Shown here: piece after piece, positions 27,800-32,000 of the stretch
Layout of the letters: the number at the start of each line of letters is the position of its first letter
How positions within the stretch are numbered: position 1 is the stretch's first letter
Source of the DNA: Vibrio alginolyticus NBRC 15630 = ATCC 17749
GTDB lineage: Bacteria; Pseudomonadota; Gammaproteobacteria; Enterobacterales; Vibrionaceae
DNA length: 32,000 nucleotides
Direction of reading: 5' to 3'
Assembly (NCBI RefSeq): GCF_000354175.2
Contig: NC_022349.1
Location: 390,001 to 422,000, forward strand
The notes under the pieces: model-generated
Databases searched by the model: none
What the model saw: the letters and a program-made list of their open reading frames with translations, nothing else
What the model was told of the DNA's origin: nothing
Translations under genes and position numbers: made by a program

Positions 27800-28720
27800 C
27801 TAAACGCGTATACGAGGGTCGATAATCGTATATAGCAAGTCGACCACAAGGTTAAAGAAGATAGTGAGTGAAGCGACAATCAGAGTAATGCCCATTACTA
27901 GGCCGTAGTCGCGGTTGAGAGCCCCAGACACAAAGTGTTGTCCCATGCCACCTGTACCAAAGAAAATGTCGATAATTACCGAGCCTGTCACGACAGACAC
28001 AAACGCAGGGCCGAGCATCGCAACGACGGGAATCAGGGATGGTCGCAAAGCGTGATGGAATAAAATGTAGGTTGTGGACAAACCTTTGGCCTTTGCCGTT
28101 CGAATGTATGGTTGGTTAAGTGTTTCAATCATTGCGCCACGCATGACGCGTGCAATACTCGCAATGGAGCCAATCGCTAGGCTGAGCACGGGAAGAACAA
28201 GAAAAGCCAGCTTTCCTCCTTCCCAACCACCAGCAGGGAACCAGCCGAGCTGAATAGCGAAGATCATGACTAAAACTGGAGCAAGCACGAAAGCCGGAAC
28301 TACAACTCCAGTCATCGAAAGTGTCATCAGGCCGTAATCTAGGCGGCTATTTCGGTTCAATGCCGCAATAGTGCCAAGCAACATGCCAAGTGGAACGGAA
28401 ATACAAAAGGAGAGTACGCCTAATACTGCTGAAACTGGCCATGATTGTGCGACGAGCTGTGTAACACTGAAGTCTTGATAAACGAAGCTCGGACCGAGAT
28501 CTCCTTGTATGAAATTACCAATGTAAATCCAAAACTGAGTAAGGAAGGGCTGGTCCAAATGGAATTTTGCTTCGATATTCGCACGTACCACCTCTGGCAT
28601 AGGCCGTTCCATATCAAATGGCCCCCCTGGTGCAATGTGCATCAGCCAAAATGATACGAGTGCGATGAATAGAAGCGTGGGGATAGCGATAGCTAATCGC
28701 TTAACAATGTACCAAATCAT
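27800..28720 (-). CDS. oppB: Oligopeptide ABC transporter permease OppB
   Basis: Resembles E. coli OppB as recalled (ANIEAKFHLDQP, MTGVVVPAFVLAPVLVMIFAI, GALNRDY, ...IIDPRIRV). Confidence 0.9.
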   Translation of the reverse strand: MIWYIVKRLAIAIPTLLFIALVSFWLMHIAPGGPFDMERPMPEVVRANIEAKFHLDQPFLTQFWIYIGNFIQGDLGPSFVYQDFSVTQLVAQSWPVSAVLGVLSFCISVPLGMLLGTIAALNRNSRLDYGLMTLSMTGVVVPAFVLAPVLVMIFAIQLGWFPAGGWEGGKLAFLVLPVLSLAIGSIASIARVMRGAMIETLNQPYIRTAKAKGLSTTYILFHHALRPSLIPVVAMLGPAFVSVVTGSVIIDIFFGTGGMGQHFVSGALNRDYGLVMGITLIVASLTIFFNLVVDLLYTIIDPRIRV

Positions 28721-28768
28721 GATCCATCATCCTTTGGTCGTCCGAAATCACTTCGAACGGTTATGAAT

Positions 28769-28795
28769 AAAAAAATGGCCTGAGCTCAGGTTGCC
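28769..28795 (-). terminator. Possible partial terminator/attenuator between oppA and oppB
   Basis: The minus strand reads GGCAACCTGAGCTCAGGCC followed by ATTTTTTT. The stem is short and imperfect. Confidence 0.35.
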
Positions 28796-28865
28796 TTCTC
28801 CACCGAGAGATATGAGGAACGACAAGTAAACATTGAACTTGCCGACTCAGACCGAAAACATGCTT

Positions 28866-30476
28866 TTAGTGGGCTTTCACATAGACATTCTTGCGGTAGT
28901 ACGACGACTCAGGGTTTGTCAGTTCGTAGCCGCCCACATAAGGCTTGATGAGGTATTGATCGTTACCCGGACGATAAATAGGAATAATGGCCATGTCTTC
29001 AATCAGCATGCTTTCTGCTTGTAAATACAGTTCTGATGGGTTGCTCATGGTCTTTGAGCGAGCCATTAACTCGTCGTATTGCGGGTTGTTATAACGAGAA
29101 TCGTTGTACTCGCCACTAGAAACGAAGATATCCAACCATGTAGAGGCTTCATTGTAGTCGGCCGTCCAGCCGCCGCGAGTAATGTCGGTCGGCTCTTTAA
29201 GTGCGTAGAACACTTTCGGTTCTAGCTGTTTTATCGTGACTTGCGCACCCAATCGGCTTTTCCACATGCCTGCCATGGTGGTTGCCATTTTTACGTCCAT
29301 CGAGAAAGTTGGTACGGTAAACGTTAACTTAAGCGGATTGCTTTTATCGTATCCAGCTTCTGACAGTAATTGCTGCGCTTTTTCGATACGTTTATGGCGG
29401 TTCCAAGTTGCGAACTCAGGAGTGTGAGATTTAAAACCATCTGTTTGAGGTGGCACAAGGGTATACATTGGAACCCCACCGTTTCTCAAAATAGCACTCG
29501 TTAACAGTTGACGGTCAATGGCATATGAGAGGGCTTTACGAACCCGCACGTCTTTTGTTGGCCCTTGTTGAGTGTTGAGGTAATAGAATGTGGAGCCAAG
29601 AGACGCACTGGTGCTTGCCACTTCTTGTGGGCGTTGTTGAATTAACTTTTTCTTCTGAGCGGCAGGAATGGAAACCGCTTGGTCTATCTCACCAGCTAGG
29701 TAGCGGTTTAGCACTACGTTTGCATCACCAATTGGTAGCCAGGTGACTTTTTCCAGCACTACATTGCTTGCGTCCCAATAATGTGGATTTTTAACCATCA
29801 CCAGTTTTTCGTTAACTTTCCATTCAGAGACAGTAAACGCACCATTTGTAACGATATGCTCAGGCTGGGTCCAACGGTTGCCATGTTTTTCAATGGTCGC
29901 TTTATGAACGGGGGCAAGCACTGGATGACTTAATAGTTTCGTAAAGAAGGGAATAGGCTCTTCGAGTGTTACCTGGAACGTTTTTTCATCCAGCGCCTTC
30001 ACGCCCAAGGACTCGGGTGCGGCGTCGCCTTTCATAATGGCTTGCGAGTTTTCGATATTTGGAATGGCCGCAAACCAAGCGTAGGGTGAAGCAGTGCTTG
30101 GATTCAGTAAGCGTTGCCAGCTGTAGACAAAATCTTGTGCAGTGACCGTTTCGCCATTTGACCATTTTGCATCACGTAAGTGGAAGGTATAAACCGTATT
30201 GTTGTCATTGACTGACCAAGACTCAGCAACACCAGGAATGGTTTTACCTTGCTTATCTTGAATGACCAGACCTTCAAACAGGTCTCGACCGAGATTGAAA
30301 GCGGGCTCTGCGGCTTGCTTGGCTGGGTCAATAGAAGTAACTTCAGCCCCATTGTTTAGCGTAATTTCTTGTGTCTCATCGAGGGTCACACTTACGGGAT
30401 ACGGCGCGGCATAGCTTGATGTTGCCAGTATTGGACTCATCATCGACGCTAATAAAAGCAACTTAGGTAATTTCAT
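28866..30476 (-). CDS. oppA: Oligopeptide ABC transporter periplasmic binding protein OppA (SBP family 5)
   Basis: Signal peptide MKLPKLLLLASMMSPILATSSYA. Strong resemblance to E. coli OppA as recalled (RDLFEGL, PGVAESW, FHLRDAKWSNGETVTAQDFVYSWQR, NPSTASPYA). Confidence 0.9.
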   Translation of the reverse strand: MKLPKLLLLASMMSPILATSSYAAPYPVSVTLDETQEITLNNGAEVTSIDPAKQAAEPAFNLGRDLFEGLVIQDKQGKTIPGVAESWSVNDNNTVYTFHLRDAKWSNGETVTAQDFVYSWQRLLNPSTASPYAWFAAIPNIENSQAIMKGDAAPESLGVKALDEKTFQVTLEEPIPFFTKLLSHPVLAPVHKATIEKHGNRWTQPEHIVTNGAFTVSEWKVNEKLVMVKNPHYWDASNVVLEKVTWLPIGDANVVLNRYLAGEIDQAVSIPAAQKKKLIQQRPQEVASTSASLGSTFYYLNTQQGPTKDVRVRKALSYAIDRQLLTSAILRNGGVPMYTLVPPQTDGFKSHTPEFATWNRHKRIEKAQQLLSEAGYDKSNPLKLTFTVPTFSMDVKMATTMAGMWKSRLGAQVTIKQLEPKVFYALKEPTDITRGGWTADYNEASTWLDIFVSSGEYNDSRYNNPQYDELMARSKTMSNPSELYLQAESMLIEDMAIIPIYRPGNDQYLIKPYVGGYELTNPESSYYRKNVYVKAH

Positions 30477-30519
30477 CCTTGTCTCACTCTTTTCATCCTG
30501 AAAGATGCCAAAAATGTAT

Positions 30520-30542
30520 ATTGTATAAATTGTCTACACAAT
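30520..30542. promoter_or_regulatory. Tandem/overlapping operator-like sites upstream of oppA (ATTGTATAAATT and ATTGTCTACACAAT)
   Basis: The first site has two mismatches to ATTGTATACAAT and reads TACAAT on the oppA strand, 44 nt from the ATG. The second shares the ATTGT/ACAAT arms with a 4-nt instead of 2-nt centre. Confidence 0.45.
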
Positions 30543-30670
30543 CGAGTTTTAACATTACTGTAACAGGGTGTCAGGTATTGAGCTGTCTGGTCTCAAAAAG
30601 TGAGCTAGGGGAATTTCTTTGAAGATCTGATATCAAGTTGGCATGACGGGAAGTAATTTTGCTTCGATAC

Positions 30671-30706
30671 AAATTAAAATCCCCTTCAAGCACAGGCTAG
30701 AAGGGG
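30671..30706 (-). terminator. Rho-independent terminator after the M20 peptidase gene
   Basis: The minus strand reads CCCCTTC-(12 nt)-GAAGGGG followed by ATTTTAATTT. Confidence 0.55.
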
Positions 30707-30740
30707 AAGATAGTCAGTCTGCTCTTCAAAAGGCACGACG

Positions 30741-31847
30741 TTAACTGACTAGGAAATGTTTCACGAACTCAGTGATTTTGACCATATCACTTACCGCGAT
30801 AAACTCTTCTGTCGTGTGTACTTTTGCCATGCCAGTTGAAAGATTGACCGTTGTGAGACCTTTCTTGTTAAAGTTGTTGGCATCGCTACCGCCGCCAGTG
30901 CCTTTTGTGAAGGCGTCAATTCCCAACTCTGAAAACGCTGCTTTTATAGCGTTTACGTGCGGGTGGTTTTCTTCAATAACAAAAGCGTCGTAGGCTCGGC
31001 TAGATTCAATGTCGACTTCTGCACCGTGTTTTTCACAGACAGACTCTAATGTTGAGATCATATGATTGACCTGAGCATCTAGTTTATCGCCATTCAGGGA
31101 GCGTGCTTCTGCCACGATTTTTAATTCAGGCATAACAATGTTTGTGGCCTGACCGCCATTCACTATACCGATGTTGGCTGTCGTTTCTTCGTCGATGCGA
31201 AGCAGCTTCATTTGGTTGATGGCATCTGCCGCCACCATGATCGCACTGATGCCTTCTTCTGGCGCAAGCCCTGCATGTGCTGGTCGACCTTTGATTGTTG
31301 CCACGATTTTTTGCTGGCCTGGGGCTGCGGTCACAATAGTGCCAATAGGGCCACCCGTATCTAACACGATTGCTTCCGTTGAAGTGACGTGTGACATATC
31401 GAAGTATTGTGAACCGAATAAACCGCCTTCTTCATACACGGTGAAAGCAAGTTCTAACGTTTTGTGCTCAAGGTTTTCCGCTTGAATACAACGAACGGCT
31501 TCCATGATGGCAGCAATACCAGATTTATCATCGCCACCAAGAATCGTATTGCCTTTTGAACGGATAACGCCGTCTTCGATGATTGGCTCAATGCCAATGC
31601 CCGGTGTGACTGTATCCATATGACAGCTCATTAGGATAGAGCCGTCTTTTTTGCCGTCTAAACGGGCGTACACGTTAAAGCCGTTAGAAATGTGCTTAGG
31701 TACTGGAAGCTTGTGCACGGTAAAGCCTAGGTCGCCTAGCTGCTCTGCCAGTGTTTCTGCAATTTGTTTTTCGTTTGTTGATTCGCTATCGATACGTACC
31801 AGTTGGCAAAAATGTTCAACTAAGCGTTCTTGATTGATGTGTGTCAT
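30741..31847 (-). CDS. M20-family metallopeptidase, PepT-like (tripeptidase-type, 368 aa)
   Basis: M20 ligand motifs: CHMDTV, GGDDKSG, YEEGG, and a C-terminal His region (AKVHTTEE). Confidence 0.85.
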   Translation of the reverse strand: MTHINQERLVEHFCQLVRIDSESTNEKQIAETLAEQLGDLGFTVHKLPVPKHISNGFNVYARLDGKKDGSILMSCHMDTVTPGIGIEPIIEDGVIRSKGNTILGGDDKSGIAAIMEAVRCIQAENLEHKTLELAFTVYEEGGLFGSQYFDMSHVTSTEAIVLDTGGPIGTIVTAAPGQQKIVATIKGRPAHAGLAPEEGISAIMVAADAINQMKLLRIDEETTANIGIVNGGQATNIVMPELKIVAEARSLNGDKLDAQVNHMISTLESVCEKHGAEVDIESSRAYDAFVIEENHPHVNAIKAAFSELGIDAFTKGTGGGSDANNFNKKGLTTVNLSTGMAKVHTTEEFIAVSDMVKITEFVKHFLVS

Positions 31848-32000
31848 TAGAAGTCTCTTTTTCTGATCGAGCGTGAAGCCTTGTGGCTCGGCTCGATAGG
31901 GAACAGAGCACCACTTATGGCACAGTTACTTTTAAATAAAACTGAGGTGAATCAATAAAGGGGTATCCATGACACGATTCTGACCGATGAGCCTTTCGAA

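Noticed and set aside
30553-30572. LexA-box-like CTGT...; also CRP-like half-sites (TGTGA near 7362, TGTGA near 20203)
   Set aside because: The second half-sites do not match (no ACAG at N8 spacing, and no TCACA at N6 spacing).
31865-31897. Inverted repeat ATCGAGC-N18-GCTCGAT (with an inner GAGCC/GGCTT hairpin) upstream of the M20 peptidase gene, and a possible gene end near 31935 on the minus strand
   Set aside because: It has no U-tract, so it is not a convincing terminator. The flanking ORF fragment (about 22 codons to the window edge) is too short to support a call.

Overview
This is a gene-dense chromosomal segment with moderate GC. It is most consistent with a marine Vibrio. The 814-aa M9 collagenase, and OppA/B/C products that closely resemble E. 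coli Opp, point that way. This comes from recall and motif reading only; no database search was possible.

I saw no rRNA, tRNA, CRISPR array, transposase, integrase or phage genes.

The left ~8 kb holds unrelated housekeeping and miscellaneous genes:
- a DUF1415-like protein
- a divergent MFS transporter and LysR regulator pair
- a small CPHC glutaredoxin-like protein
- a YgjP-like HExxH hydrolase overlapping rlmF
- an S41 lipoprotein peptidase whose 3' end overlaps a small orphan lipoprotein gene
- an unusual two-HTH protein

The remaining ~23 kb (about 8.3-31.8 kb) reads as one functional neighbourhood for collagen and hydroxyproline use:
- a GntR(FCD)-type regulator
- all four enzymes of the bacterial trans-4-hydroxy-L-proline to 2-oxoglutarate route (epimerase, FAD D-Hyp dehydrogenase, DHDPS-like Pyr4H2C deaminase, KGSA dehydrogenase)
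- an ornithine-cyclodeaminase/mu-crystallin homolog
- a PotABCD-type ABC importer interleaved with those enzymes
- a secreted M9 collagenase with PKD and PPC domains
- an oppABCDF operon whose last gene is translationally coupled (TAATG) to a 598-aa M24B Xaa-Pro aminopeptidase
- a PepT-like M20 peptidase

The most interesting sequence-level signal is a 12-bp palindrome, ATTGTATACAAT, with one-to-two-mismatch copies. It recurs in five separate intergenic or promoter regions of this neighbourhood, including upstream of the GntR gene itself. A weaker TTGTTAACAA copy lies upstream of the collagenase. This suggests a single repressor-controlled collagen-to-TCA regulon.

All functional calls rest on motif and family recognition, not on computed homology.
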